Positions 35,503 through 45,520 of a stretch of DNA of 64,000 bases are shown in pieces. The position numbers and the translations under genes were made by a program. Source of the DNA: Gemmatimonadales bacterium (GTDB lineage Bacteria; Gemmatimonadota; Gemmatimonadetes; Gemmatimonadales; GWC2-71-9). The notes under the pieces were generated by a model. That model was not told where the DNA came from and did not search any database. It saw nothing but the letters and a program-made list of their open reading frames with translations. The stretch covers positions 64,001-128,000 of the forward strand of contig JBBQFH010000002.1 of NCBI GenBank assembly GCA_038321865.1, given 5' to 3'. Every line of letters starts with the position of its first letter. Position 1 is the stretch's first letter.

Positions 35503-37032
35503 ATGCCGCGCGCTCTGATCTCGGTGAGCGACAAGCGAGGCATCGTGGGGTTTGCGCAGGGGCTCGCGTCCCTCGGGTGGGAGCTTGTCTCCACCGGAGG
35601 GACTGCGGCGGCGCTCCGCGCCGCTGGGCTCACCGTGACCGGGGTGGACGAGGTCACCGGATTTCCTGAAGTCCTTGACGGCCGGCTCAAGACGCTGCAT
35701 CCCAAGATCCACGGTGGATTGCTGGCGCGCCGGGATCTCCCGGAGCATCAGGCCGCGTTGGCCCGGCACGGCATTCTTCCATTCGATCTCGTCGCCGTCA
35801 ATCTGTATCCGTTTCAGCTGACGATCGCGCAGCCTGGGGTCAGCTTCGCCGACGCCATCGAGAACATCGATATCGGCGGGCCCTCGATGCTCCGCTCGGC
35901 CGCCAAGAATCACGAGTTCGTGCTGCCGGTCGTGGACCCGACCGATTACGACCCGGTGCTCCAGCTGCTTCGGAGCGGCGAGATCCCGGCAAGTATGCGA
36001 CGAGAGCTCGCCGCGAAGGTCTTCGCGCATACCGCCGAGTACGACAGCGCGATCACGGGCTTCCTGACCCCGCGCGAGGAAGGCCTGCCGAGCCGGCTGG
36101 GGCTGTCCATGGAACGGCTGCAGCCGCTGCGGTACGGCGAGAATCCCACCCAGCGCGCCGCCCTGTACGTCACCGAAGAACCGCGCGGCATGCGCGACCT
36201 CGTGCAGCGTCAGGGCAAGGAACTCTCCTTCAACAATCTGCTCGATATCGACGCGGCAATGACGGCGGTTGCCAACTGGTCGGCGCGGCCGGCGTGCGTC
36301 GTGGTCAAGCACACGACGCCGTGCGGCGTCGCGGTGGCGGGCACGGCCGCAGAGGCCTTTCAGCGCGCCCGCGCCACCGACCCGGTCTCCGCGTTCGGGT
36401 CGGTCGTCGCGTTCAACACCGTGGTCGATGACGCAACGGCGCAGGCCATGCGTGACCTCTTCGTCGAAGTGGTCGCAGCGCCGTCCTTCCACGAGGAGGC
36501 GATGGCCGTCTTCGCGGCGAAGAAGAATCTCCGGGTGGTGGAGCTCCCCGTCAGCCACGCGCCAGGCGCGCTCGATTTCAAGCGGGTGCGCGGCGGCTTT
36601 CTGGTGCAGGACGCCTTCCTGTACGACCCATCTGAACACGGGTGGGCGGTCGTCTCTTCCCGGGAACCGACCGAAGATGAGCGGCGTGACCTTCGCTTCG
36701 CGTGGGCGGCGGTCAGCACGGTCAAGTCGAACGCCGTACTGCTCGCCCACCGGGAAATGGCGATCGGGATCGGGGCAGGCCAGATGAGTCGCGTCGACAG
36801 CTCGTTCCTGGCGGTGCACAAGGCCCGGCAGCAGGGACATGCGACCGCCGGGAGCGTACTCGCATCCGATGGATTCTTTCCATTTGCCGATGGCGTCGAC
36901 GAAGCCGCGGCGGCTGGCGTGACGGCCATCATCCAGCCCGGCGGCTCGGTGCGGGATCCCGAGGTGATCGCCGCGGCCGACCGTCACAACATCGCGATGG
37001 TCGTCACCGGCCGCCGCCAGTTCCGCCACTAA
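35503..37032 (+). CDS. purH: Bifunctional AICAR transformylase/IMP cyclohydrolase
   Basis: RALISVSDK, STGGT, KTLHP, IDIGGP, LRYGENP, SDGFFPF, IQPGGS. Confidence 0.97.
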   Translation: MPRALISVSDKRGIVGFAQGLASLGWELVSTGGTAAALRAAGLTVTGVDEVTGFPEVLDGRLKTLHPKIHGGLLARRDLPEHQAALARHGILPFDLVAVNLYPFQLTIAQPGVSFADAIENIDIGGPSMLRSAAKNHEFVLPVVDPTDYDPVLQLLRSGEIPASMRRELAAKVFAHTAEYDSAITGFLTPREEGLPSRLGLSMERLQPLRYGENPTQRAALYVTEEPRGMRDLVQRQGKELSFNNLLDIDAAMTAVANWSARPACVVVKHTTPCGVAVAGTAAEAFQRARATDPVSAFGSVVAFNTVVDDATAQAMRDLFVEVVAAPSFHEEAMAVFAAKKNLRVVELPVSHAPGALDFKRVRGGFLVQDAFLYDPSEHGWAVVSSREPTEDERRDLRFAWAAVSTVKSNAVLLAHREMAIGIGAGQMSRVDSSFLAVHKARQQGHATAGSVLASDGFFPFADGVDEAAAAGVTAIIQPGGSVRDPEVIAAADRHNIAMVVTGRRQFRH

Positions 37033-37048
37033 CCGCGAACTCGAGCCT

Positions 37049-39205
37049 ATGACCCCCGTCCCTCCCGTCCGGCGTACCCGCCCGCCTTACCTCGCCGCCA
37101 CGGCGCTCGGGGCGGCCGTCTTTCTGGTCTACGTCATCACGCTGGCGCCGACGACGGCGTTCTGGGACACCTCCGAATACATTGCCGCCGCGAAGGTGTT
37201 GGGAATCCCCCACCCTCCCGGGAATCCGCTCTTCACGCTGCTGGCGCACGTGTGGGGCCTGCTGCCGCTGGCGGCCTCGTACGCGGAACGCATCAACCTG
37301 TTCGCCGCCGCGACCAGCGCCGCCACCGCCTCGCTGTGGTTCCTGGTGGCCGATCGCTGGCTGCAGCCGGTCGTGCAGGTGCGCTGGGCCCGACTCGCCG
37401 CGGCCGCCGCAGGAGGGCTCGTCGGCGCCTTTTCCTGGACGGTGTGGAACCAGTCCACCGTCAATGAGAAGGTGTACACCGTTTCGCTCCTGTCGGTGGC
37501 GCTCGTCATGTGGCTCGCCGTGCACTGGGCCGATGACGAGCCCGGCCCGCACCGCGACCGCTGGCTCGTTCTGATCGCCTACGTCCTCGCCCTGACATCG
37601 ACCAATCACATGATGGGCGTGTTGGCGACCCCCGCCGTCGTCATCTACGTGTTGTGGACCGATTGGCGCGTCTTCACCCGGCCGTGGGTGCTGGTCGGCA
37701 TCGCGACGGCGGTGCTGGTGGGCATCTCGCTGAACTACATCTATCTCCCGATGCGCGCGGGGCAGTTCCCCGCCATCAACGAGGGCGAGCCGATCGGTTT
37801 CTTCAGCAAGGCGCTGAGTGACGTGCTCGGGCGCGTGCAGTACGGCAAGCCGCCCGTACTCGACCGGCAGGCGGACTTCCTCGCCCAGATCGCCAACTAC
37901 CTCCAATACTTCAGCTGGCAGTTCGGACGCGACTGGAGCGTGACGAGCATCGCCGCCGCCTTCTGCTTCGGCGCGCTTGGCCTGTACGGCATGGTGATGC
38001 TGTGGCTGCGTGACCGGCGCGCCGGATTGGCGGCGGCGGCGATGCTGGGGACACTGACGCTGGCCCTCGTGACCTACCTGAATTTCAAGTACGGTTTCTC
38101 ACAGCACCTCGAGCAGGCCGAGCACGAGGTCCGCGAGCGGGATTATTTCTTCATCGCCTCGTTTTCCTATTTCGGCGTGCTGGTCGCGGTGGGCTTCGGC
38201 GCACTGCTGCACGCCATCGTGGGTCTGCTGCGGGACCGCGGCACCGAGGGGAGCCGCTGGGCCCTCGCGAGCCCCATCCTTGCACTCGCGCTGATCCCGC
38301 TGTTCGGCAACCGGGTGACGGCCAGTCGCGCGCACGAGCGGCTGGCGCGCGATTTTGCGGTGGACCTCCTCGAGTCCATCGAGCCCTACGGCATTCTGAT
38401 CACCGCCGGCGACAACGACACCTTTCCCCTCTGGTACGCGCAGGAAGTCGAGGGCGTGCGCCGCGATGTGACGCTGGCGAATCTGTCGCTCATGAATACC
38501 GACTGGCACCTCCGGCAGCTGCGCCGGCGCGTGACGCCGACGTTCGATCCGAACTCGGCCGCGCCGATCTGGCGGCTGGGTCCTGCCGAAGGGGGCGTCG
38601 CGCTCACCGACACTGCGACCAGGCGGGCACCGGCGGTCTGGCCCAAGCCGACGACACCGGTGTTCTCGCTCACCGAAGCCCAGCTTGACAGCCTGCCGGA
38701 GGTCCAGCCGGTCCAGAAGAATTCCGGACTCCAGCTCGACAGTCTGCAGATCGCCTTCGGGACCGAGTATCTCGAGCGGAAGGATTTCGCCGCGATTTTC
38801 CTCATCAAGGACAATCTCGGCAAGCGGCCAATCTACTTCGCCTGGAGCGACGGCGGCTACCCGGATCAGACGCTGGGGCTGACCGGCTATCTCGTCAGCG
38901 CAGGTCTGGTGCGCAAGCTGATGCCGGTGCCGGTCGTTGCCAGGGACTCCATCGTCCTGTCCCAGGGGCTCGGCTACGTCAACGTGCCGCGAAGCAGCCA
39001 GCTGCTGTGGAACGTCTATCACTGGCAGAGCGCGGCCCGCCGCCGGCCGCTCGGCTGGGTCGACCCGCCGTCATCGTCGATCCTGCAGCTGTACGCGGTG
39101 GTCTACGGCGGGATGTCCGAAGTGCTCGCGCAGAAGGGCCAGCGGACCGAGGCCGTGCGGGCCGATTCCATTTCCAAGGCGGTGATGGCCAACATCCGCC
39201 GCTGA
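37049..39205 (+). CDS. DUF2723 / TMEM260-like GT-C membrane glycosyltransferase
   Basis: LAPTTAFWDTSEYI, GIPHPPG, HEVRERDYFF, GDNDTFPLWYAQEVEG; many TM helices plus a C-terminal soluble domain. Confidence 0.87.
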   Translation: MTPVPPVRRTRPPYLAATALGAAVFLVYVITLAPTTAFWDTSEYIAAAKVLGIPHPPGNPLFTLLAHVWGLLPLAASYAERINLFAAATSAATASLWFLVADRWLQPVVQVRWARLAAAAAGGLVGAFSWTVWNQSTVNEKVYTVSLLSVALVMWLAVHWADDEPGPHRDRWLVLIAYVLALTSTNHMMGVLATPAVVIYVLWTDWRVFTRPWVLVGIATAVLVGISLNYIYLPMRAGQFPAINEGEPIGFFSKALSDVLGRVQYGKPPVLDRQADFLAQIANYLQYFSWQFGRDWSVTSIAAAFCFGALGLYGMVMLWLRDRRAGLAAAAMLGTLTLALVTYLNFKYGFSQHLEQAEHEVRERDYFFIASFSYFGVLVAVGFGALLHAIVGLLRDRGTEGSRWALASPILALALIPLFGNRVTASRAHERLARDFAVDLLESIEPYGILITAGDNDTFPLWYAQEVEGVRRDVTLANLSLMNTDWHLRQLRRRVTPTFDPNSAAPIWRLGPAEGGVALTDTATRRAPAVWPKPTTPVFSLTEAQLDSLPEVQPVQKNSGLQLDSLQIAFGTEYLERKDFAAIFLIKDNLGKRPIYFAWSDGGYPDQTLGLTGYLVSAGLVRKLMPVPVVARDSIVLSQGLGYVNVPRSSQLLWNVYHWQSAARRRPLGWVDPPSSSILQLYAVVYGGMSEVLAQKGQRTEAVRADSISKAVMANIRR

Positions 39206-39213
39206 GCGACCGT

Positions 39214-39654
39214 TCAGTCGATGCGCGTGCTGTCCGCCGGCTGAAGACCTTTGCCGATGGCCGCCCGGTCGCCCCGCCACGATGACCATGTCAACGGACA
39301 CTCGGGACCGAACGGCGGATCGGGATGGCCGGGGCGGCCGAGGAGCTCATGCAGCATCTCGTGCCGCACGACCAGCTCGTTCGCCTCATAGTCGCTCGCG
39401 AGATAGATCGCGTGGCCGGACTCCCAGCGCCCCGCGCACTGGCCGCCGGGACAATCGAAGCTGTGCCCCTCCACGACGAACCAGCGCACACGCCCGAAAT
39501 CACCGACGCGGCCGGAACAGGCCTCGGTCTTGGCCCACCATTCCCGGTAGAGGAGCGGTGGCTTGATCCTGGTATCGCCCGATGGTTCGAACCCGCAGGA
39601 AAGCAGGACCAACAAGGTGGTAATCGGTACGGCGCGGCGCAGGGCAGCGGACAA
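39214..39654 (-). CDS. Putative lipoprotein with HExxH motif
   Basis: Lipobox LLSC; RHEMLHELLG zincin-like motif. Confidence 0.65.
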   Translation of the reverse strand: MSAALRRAVPITTLLVLLSCGFEPSGDTRIKPPLLYREWWAKTEACSGRVGDFGRVRWFVVEGHSFDCPGGQCAGRWESGHAIYLASDYEANELVVRHEMLHELLGRPGHPDPPFGPECPLTWSSWRGDRAAIGKGLQPADSTRID

Positions 39655-39925
39655 GGCATCTCCAATTCAGCAATTGGCTGAGGACACCACTCCGAAGTGC
39701 ACCCCCTGTACCAACCGCCACGCCGCGCTCGTCAACACGGCCGTCAGTGCCACAACCGCTTGCATCTCCTCACGTTGGACGATCGACATGTGAATCGACT
39801 TGAGCTGTTGTTGGAGCGTCGCGGCTGGCGGCGTGCGGGTCTGTTTGCAGCACGCCGCAAGCGGCGCAGTCACGCGCAGGGGACGCGCGCCGGCTAACTT
39901 TTCCGCGTGCTCATACGGAGTCATC

Positions 39926-40426
39926 ATGAAATCCGCTCACTACCTGCTTGCTGTGTTCACCCTCGGCAGCGGCGGCTGTTTTCTCGATCCCGGGGCCTGC
40001 CAGGACGAGCATCGCACGCTCGAGCTCGCTGGCACCATCGTGACCAGCGGGTCCGGCACCCAGACGATTGGCGCGGCCGTCAGTCTCAACGAGTCCACCG
40101 GCAATCCGGGCTTCCGCGTCCTCAACCTCGTCCTCACGACCGCGCTCAACGGGGAGATTGCCTCCGCATCCCTGCTGGACGTCGCGGCGGGCGGAACACA
40201 GGTGCTCGCCACCTGGCCATCAGGAAATATCCAGCTGACCTCGCGGTGGGATGCCAACCTCGAGCTGGCGTCGTCGCCGCCGACGCACGAGACGCTGGCG
40301 CAGCTCGCCGGCGCCGGGCGCCTGCAGCTGCGTGTCGAATTTGAGGCGGCGAGTGGACTCACCTCGGCCGCCGGCCCCCTGCGAGTCACGACCGATGGCA
40401 GCTGGGAGCACCTCCGCTGCGACTGA
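39926..40426 (+). CDS. Putative lipoprotein
   Basis: GGAG RBS; MKSAHYLLAVFTLGSGGC signal/lipobox. Confidence 0.6.
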   Translation: MKSAHYLLAVFTLGSGGCFLDPGACQDEHRTLELAGTIVTSGSGTQTIGAAVSLNESTGNPGFRVLNLVLTTALNGEIASASLLDVAAGGTQVLATWPSGNIQLTSRWDANLELASSPPTHETLAQLAGAGRLQLRVEFEAASGLTSAAGPLRVTTDGSWEHLRCD

Positions 40427-40459
40427 GCGGCCATGACCAGTTCGAGCGGGTGGACTGCG

Positions 40460-40488
40460 TTGATCCCCGTCCCGGGCGCGCGTATGTT
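40460..40488 (+). promoter_or_regulatory. Putative sigma70 promoter of tRNA-Ser(TGA)
   Basis: TTGATC-N17-TATGTT, 13 nt before the tRNA. Confidence 0.5.
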
Positions 40489-40501
40489 GATCCGCGCGCC
40501 A

Positions 40502-40588
40502 GGCGTGGTGGCAGAGTGGTTTAATGCAGCGGTCTTGAAAACCGCCGTACCTTCACGGGTACCGTGAGTTCGAATCTCACCCACGCCG
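40502..40588 (+). tRNA. tRNA-Ser(TGA)
   Basis: GGCGTGG/CCACGCC acceptor stem, GCGGT-CTTGAAA-ACCGC anticodon arm, long variable arm, TTCGAAT T loop. Confidence 0.95.
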
Positions 40589-40626
40589 TCGCCCGCATCG
40601 TCGCGGGCGTTGTGAGGACCCTGCCC

Positions 40627-42804
40627 ATGAGCTGGACCATCTTTTCGAGCACAGGCGCAGCTGCGCTGTTCGCGGTGGCGCCACGCGCCGCTGCGCAGCG
40701 CCCGATGTCCCCCGTCGCATTCACCCCGCGCATGGTCATCACACGCTCCACGACCATCATCCCCGGGCGCTATGACGCGCCGGCGGGCGATTCCGGGGCG
40801 ATCGTCGTCCGCGGGCAGGGCATCGTGCTGAATCTCCGCGGGGTGGAGCTGGTGGGAACGGCGGATCGGACCCACCCCGATCGCTTCGCCGGCGTGGCGG
40901 TGCGAGTCGACGGCGGGCGTGACGTCGAAATCCGCGGCGCGCGCATCCGCGGCTACAAGGTCGCGATCCTGGCCCGCGGAGTCCGAGGCCTCACCCTCGT
41001 CGGCAACGACCTCTCGTACAACTGGCGGCCGGAGCTGCTCAGCGGACGCGAGCACGAGTCCCTGGTCGACTGGTTGTCGTATCATCACAACGAGGCCGAC
41101 GAATGGCTTCGCTACGGCGCCGGCATCTACCTCACCGATGTCATCGGCGGCGAGGTGCGCGACAACACGATCCGCCAGGGCATGAACGGCCTCCTGGCGA
41201 CACGCGCCTCCCGCCTCCGTGTGTGGAACAACGAGTTCTCCTTCAATTCCGGGCTGGGCATCGGGCTGTACCGCTCGACGGACAACGTGATTGCCCATAA
41301 CCGCGTCGACTGGAACGTTCGCGGCTATTCCCACGGCTTCTACAATCGCGGCCAGGACTCGGCGGCGCTGCTCATGTTCGAGCAGGCGTCCCGCAACGTC
41401 GTCGCCTTCAATTCGATGACGCACTCCGGTGATGGCCTCTTTCTCTGGGCTGGGCAGCACACGATGGACACCGGCGATGGGGGCTCCAACGACAATCTGT
41501 TCTACGGGAACGATTTTTCCTTCGCGCCGACCAACGGCATGGAGGCGACATTTTCCCGGAACGCGTTCGTGAACAACCGGGTCGAAGGCGGCTGGCATGG
41601 GCTCTGGGGCGGCTATTCCTGGCAGTCGACCGTGCTGGGGAACAGCTTTGCGCGAAACGTCGAGGGGATTGCGATTGAGCATGGTCAGGATATCCGAATT
41701 GCCGGCAACACGTTCACCGGCGACACGACCGCCGTGCATCTCTGGTGGAATCGCGTCGAACCGTCGGACTGGGGGTATCCCAGGCATCACGACACGCGAT
41801 CACGCGGGTACGCGATCGACTCCAATACGGTCACAAATGACCGGGTTGCGCTCAGGGTGATGGAAACGCAGGACCTGCGCGGAACCGGTAACGGTGTCAG
41901 CGGCGCCGACACGGCGGTGGTGGCCGGTGGCGATACGGCCCGCTGGGCCTTCGCCGCCCCGTCGTCGGGTGCCGCGCGGCCGGTCGCCGTCCCGGATTCG
42001 CTCCGCGTCGCGTCAATCCCCGGCGGGCGTGACGTCCTCGCGGCCACCGATATCCGGCGCGGGCGGGAGTCGATCGTCGTCGACCGGTGGGGCCCATACG
42101 ACGGCCAGTGGCCGCTGCTCTGGCCCGCGGGGCGATCGGATAGCGCTCCAGTCCGCCTTCGGGTGCTCGGTCCCCCTGGCCGCTGGGCCGTCGTTGGCCG
42201 GTCGGGCGTTGCGCGCCTCACCGGTGAACGTGGTCGCACGGGCGACACGCTGACGATCACGCCAGCGACGGACCGGGCGAGCCGCTTCTCAATCGAGCTC
42301 GAATATCGGGGAGCGCCGGCGGTCTCCGCCTTCGGCGAGCGGATTCCCCGGGGCCGGCCGATCAGGTTTGGCTGGTCGCGGTTCTGGCCCGGACCGTGGC
42401 GCGTCCGCTTCGTCCCGCTCGACTCCACGATGGCGGTGCCCGTCGACACGGCCGCTGTTCGGGCGATTCTGGCTCATCCGGCGGCGCTGACGCTGGACAC
42501 GGCCCGGGTGGACTACATGTGGTCGCGACCGCCCTCAAGGCTGATACCTGCCGGTCGAATGTTGTCCGAGGCCAGCGCGACCATCACGCTGCCCCCGGGC
42601 CGCTATCGCATCCGGACGATCGCCGACGACGCCATCCGGATCTGGGTCGACGGGCGACTCGTGCTCGACGACTGGACACCGGGCGAGTCGCGGGTCACAT
42701 CGGTCACCCTGCCGCTCGGCGGGGCGCATGCGATCCGGGCCGAGCATCTGCAGGTGGATGGATGGTACGAATTCCGTCTGGATATCGAGCCGGTCGTGCC
42801 CTGA
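40627..42804 (+). CDS. Secreted right-handed beta-helix (pectin lyase-like) protein with C-terminal PA14-like domain
   Basis: Signal peptide; N-rich parallel beta-helix repeats; ADDAIRIWVDGRLVLDDW PA14 signature. Confidence 0.8.
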   Translation: MSWTIFSSTGAAALFAVAPRAAAQRPMSPVAFTPRMVITRSTTIIPGRYDAPAGDSGAIVVRGQGIVLNLRGVELVGTADRTHPDRFAGVAVRVDGGRDVEIRGARIRGYKVAILARGVRGLTLVGNDLSYNWRPELLSGREHESLVDWLSYHHNEADEWLRYGAGIYLTDVIGGEVRDNTIRQGMNGLLATRASRLRVWNNEFSFNSGLGIGLYRSTDNVIAHNRVDWNVRGYSHGFYNRGQDSAALLMFEQASRNVVAFNSMTHSGDGLFLWAGQHTMDTGDGGSNDNLFYGNDFSFAPTNGMEATFSRNAFVNNRVEGGWHGLWGGYSWQSTVLGNSFARNVEGIAIEHGQDIRIAGNTFTGDTTAVHLWWNRVEPSDWGYPRHHDTRSRGYAIDSNTVTNDRVALRVMETQDLRGTGNGVSGADTAVVAGGDTARWAFAAPSSGAARPVAVPDSLRVASIPGGRDVLAATDIRRGRESIVVDRWGPYDGQWPLLWPAGRSDSAPVRLRVLGPPGRWAVVGRSGVARLTGERGRTGDTLTITPATDRASRFSIELEYRGAPAVSAFGERIPRGRPIRFGWSRFWPGPWRVRFVPLDSTMAVPVDTAAVRAILAHPAALTLDTARVDYMWSRPPSRLIPAGRMLSEASATITLPPGRYRIRTIADDAIRIWVDGRLVLDDWTPGESRVTSVTLPLGGAHAIRAEHLQVDGWYEFRLDIEPVVP

Positions 42805-42874
42805 GTACCAGCGCGGTTCGGCGCAAGCGTCCCTTGCGTCGCCTGTCCGCCCGGGCGATTTTCCGCGCACTCAG

Positions 42875-42964
<90 letters not shown>

Positions 42965-43027
42965 CTCTCGCGAGGGTCTACCGATCACGGTAGACCCTTC
43001 GCGCTTTGATCCCGAACCGTGTACTTC

Positions 43028-44449
43028 ATGACCGCTCCGCGCGTCCGCTTTGCCCCGTCACCCACCGGGTACCTCCACGTCGGAGGTGCCCGCACTGCGC
43101 TGTTTAACTGGCTTCTCGCCCGGAAGACGGGAGGCACGTTCATTCTCCGGATCGAGGACACCGATCGCGAGCGGAGCACCGAGGCGCATACGCAGGTGAT
43201 TCTGGACGGGCTTCGCTGGCTGGGGATCACCTGGGACGAAGGCCCCTTGTTTCAGGGTGCGTTCGGCGACCGGCACCGGGCCGATGCCGAGCGATTGGTG
43301 CTGGAGCGAACAGGATACCGCTGCTTCTGCACCCGCGAGGAGCTGGACGCCCAGCGCGCCGTGGCCGAGCGTGGCGGCGGCCGTTTTCGCTACAACGGCC
43401 GCTGCCGGGCGCTCACGCCGGATGATATCCGGAGCCGGCTCGATGCCGGCCAGCCCTTCACCATCCGCGTGCGCATGCCCGACGGCGAGATCGCCTGGGA
43501 CGATGCGGTCCATGGGCGCATCAGCTTCCAGGGCCACGATCTCGACGACTTCGTCGTGCTCAGAAGCGACGGCACCGCGATCTACAACCTCGCGGTCGTG
43601 TCGGACGACATCGAGATGCGCATCACCCACGTGATCCGCGGCGACGATCACGTCTCCAACACGCCCAAGCAGATCGTGCTGTACCGCGCCCTCGGCCACG
43701 AGCCACCGATCTTCGCCCACGTGCCGATGATTCTCGGCGCCGACGGCAAAAAGCTGAGCAAACGCCACGGCGCAACTGCCGTGGGCGACTACCAGAACCT
43801 CGGCATCTTCCCCGCCGCGATGCGCAATTTCCTCGCGCTGCTCGGCTGGTCGCCGGGCGGAGACCGGGAGATCATGCCCGAGGCGGAGCTGATCGCGTTG
43901 TTCTCCCTCGACGGGATTCAAAGCAAGCCGGCGGTGTTCGACACCGTGAAGCTCGAATGGATGAATGGCCAGTACCTCTCCGCCACCCCGGCGGAGGAGC
44001 TGCTCCCGGCCGTCGAGACGCAGCTGGGGGTGCTGGGCGTGAGCGCTGCCGGCAGGAGCCTGCTTCCGGTTATCGATGCCGTGAAAGCGCGTTCCCGGAC
44101 GATCGTCCAGCTGGCGGAGCAGGTCGCCGTGCGGGTCCACGGCCCGCGTGGCACGCCGGACGACAAGGGCGCGGCACTCATGCGGAAGATGGGACCCGCC
44201 TTCCAGGCCAATCTGCAGCTCGCGGCGAACGAGCTCGCCGCCATGCCGCCGGCCGAGTGGACGCCCGATCGCCTGCTGGAGCGGCTCAAGGCGGTCGCCG
44301 ACGGCCACGGCCTCAAGCTGGGTGACGCGCTTCAGCCGATCCGTGTGGCTCTCACCGGCTCGACCGTCTCCGAGCCGGTGAACGAGCTGCTGGCCATCGT
44401 AGGCCCGATCGCGAGCGTGGACCGCATGCGCGCCGCTGCCGTCGCCTGA
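43028..44449 (+). CDS. gltX: Glutamate-tRNA ligase
   Basis: RFAPSPTGYLHVGG, RIEDTD, KLSKR. Confidence 0.97.
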   Translation: MTAPRVRFAPSPTGYLHVGGARTALFNWLLARKTGGTFILRIEDTDRERSTEAHTQVILDGLRWLGITWDEGPLFQGAFGDRHRADAERLVLERTGYRCFCTREELDAQRAVAERGGGRFRYNGRCRALTPDDIRSRLDAGQPFTIRVRMPDGEIAWDDAVHGRISFQGHDLDDFVVLRSDGTAIYNLAVVSDDIEMRITHVIRGDDHVSNTPKQIVLYRALGHEPPIFAHVPMILGADGKKLSKRHGATAVGDYQNLGIFPAAMRNFLALLGWSPGGDREIMPEAELIALFSLDGIQSKPAVFDTVKLEWMNGQYLSATPAEELLPAVETQLGVLGVSAAGRSLLPVIDAVKARSRTIVQLAEQVAVRVHGPRGTPDDKGAALMRKMGPAFQANLQLAANELAAMPPAEWTPDRLLERLKAVADGHGLKLGDALQPIRVALTGSTVSEPVNELLAIVGPIASVDRMRAAAVA

Positions 44450-44475
44450 TCCGTTTCCCCCTATCGACGCCCCCT

Positions 44476-45078
44476 ATGGCCAACGACATGCCCGACGACC
44501 GCCCCCCGACACCGGCCGGCGAGGAGCCGACGCCAGTGGCACTGGCCGTCACCGATGCGCCGGTCGAGCTGCGGGTTGCGCTCGTCGAGGATGATCGTAC
44601 GCCCGATGGAATGGTCTGCATGGGCACCTACTGCGGCGAACGTCTCGTGGCGCGCTGTGTGATGCCGCCCGAAGCGTGGGCGCAGGTCGAGGAATTCGGG
44701 CTGTTCGAACAGCCGGTGAAGGTGGTACTGGTCGCCCGCGAAGCGGCGCCGGGGCTTCAGTGCCAGCTCTACGCGATGGTGCCGGTGCCGGAGGCGGAGG
44801 AGGAGGTTCCGGAAGAGCCATGGGCGTCGAGTGTACCCGGCGCCGGTTACGACGCTGCCGTCGCCGATGATGACGAGGAGGAGGAGGCGGAGGACGAGGA
44901 GGAGGGGCCGCCGGAGGACGTCACGCCGCTCCCGCTGGGCAACATCGTGCGATTCGCGCGGGATCGTGCGCATCCGGACAGTCTGCCGCACGAGGCGGCG
45001 GATATTCTGATGAAGGTGATCGAGGGAAAGACGTCGGAAGTGGTGGACCGGGCGCTGGCGGACCTGCTGGGGCTCTAG
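44476..45078 (+). CDS. Hypothetical acidic protein
   Basis: Host-like codon usage; Glu/Asp-rich tract; fills the gap after gltX. Confidence 0.65.
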   Translation: MANDMPDDRPPTPAGEEPTPVALAVTDAPVELRVALVEDDRTPDGMVCMGTYCGERLVARCVMPPEAWAQVEEFGLFEQPVKVVLVAREAAPGLQCQLYAMVPVPEAEEEVPEEPWASSVPGAGYDAAVADDDEEEEAEDEEEGPPEDVTPLPLGNIVRFARDRAHPDSLPHEAADILMKVIEGKTSEVVDRALADLLGL

Positions 45079-45085
45079 CGGTGCG

Positions 45086-45520
45086 CTACACCATCACCTC
45101 CATGCGGAATCGCCAGATGCGCCGCAGGAGATCGTCCAGATAGCCGTGCACCACGAACGCATCGACGGCGGCCGCGGTCGATGCCGCGTCGGTCCCCCAC
45201 AGGTTCACCCGTTTCACGTCCCCGTCCAGATCGGCCTGCACGAAGACCCGCTCATTCTCGCTGAATATCGTCGCCAGCTCACCCACGTACGCCTGCGTCA
45301 GCGCATTGGCCCCAGGGCCGCCGATGGCAATCGTCGGATTGTGCTGCAGCACGCCGTTGTCGAGGTACCAGTCGTCCACGACCGTCACCCCGCGACGATA
45401 CGCGTGCCCCTCGCCTCGGCGGTCGATCTCCTGCTTGAGCCAGGCGGCCAGCGCCAGGTCGCGGTCGGCCGCTGCGCCCGTGACCAGCACGATCGTCTCA
45501 TCCGTGTCGACCAGCTTCAC
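45086..45520 (-). CDS. Hypothetical protein
   Basis: Globular-looking (IAIGGPGANA); AGGAGG RBS; start overlaps the upstream stop. Confidence 0.7.
   Translation of the reverse strand: MKLVDTDETIVLVTGAAADRDLALAAWLKQEIDRRGEGHAYRRGVTVVDDWYLDNGVLQHNPTIAIGGPGANALTQAYVGELATIFSENERVFVQADLDGDVKRVNLWGTDAASTAAAVDAFVVHGYLDDLLRRIWRFRMEVMV

Noticed and set aside
39667..39789. 40-aa minus-strand ORF MSIVQREEMQAVVALTAV...
   Set aside because: No clear RBS or recognisable motif; cannot be supported from sequence alone.
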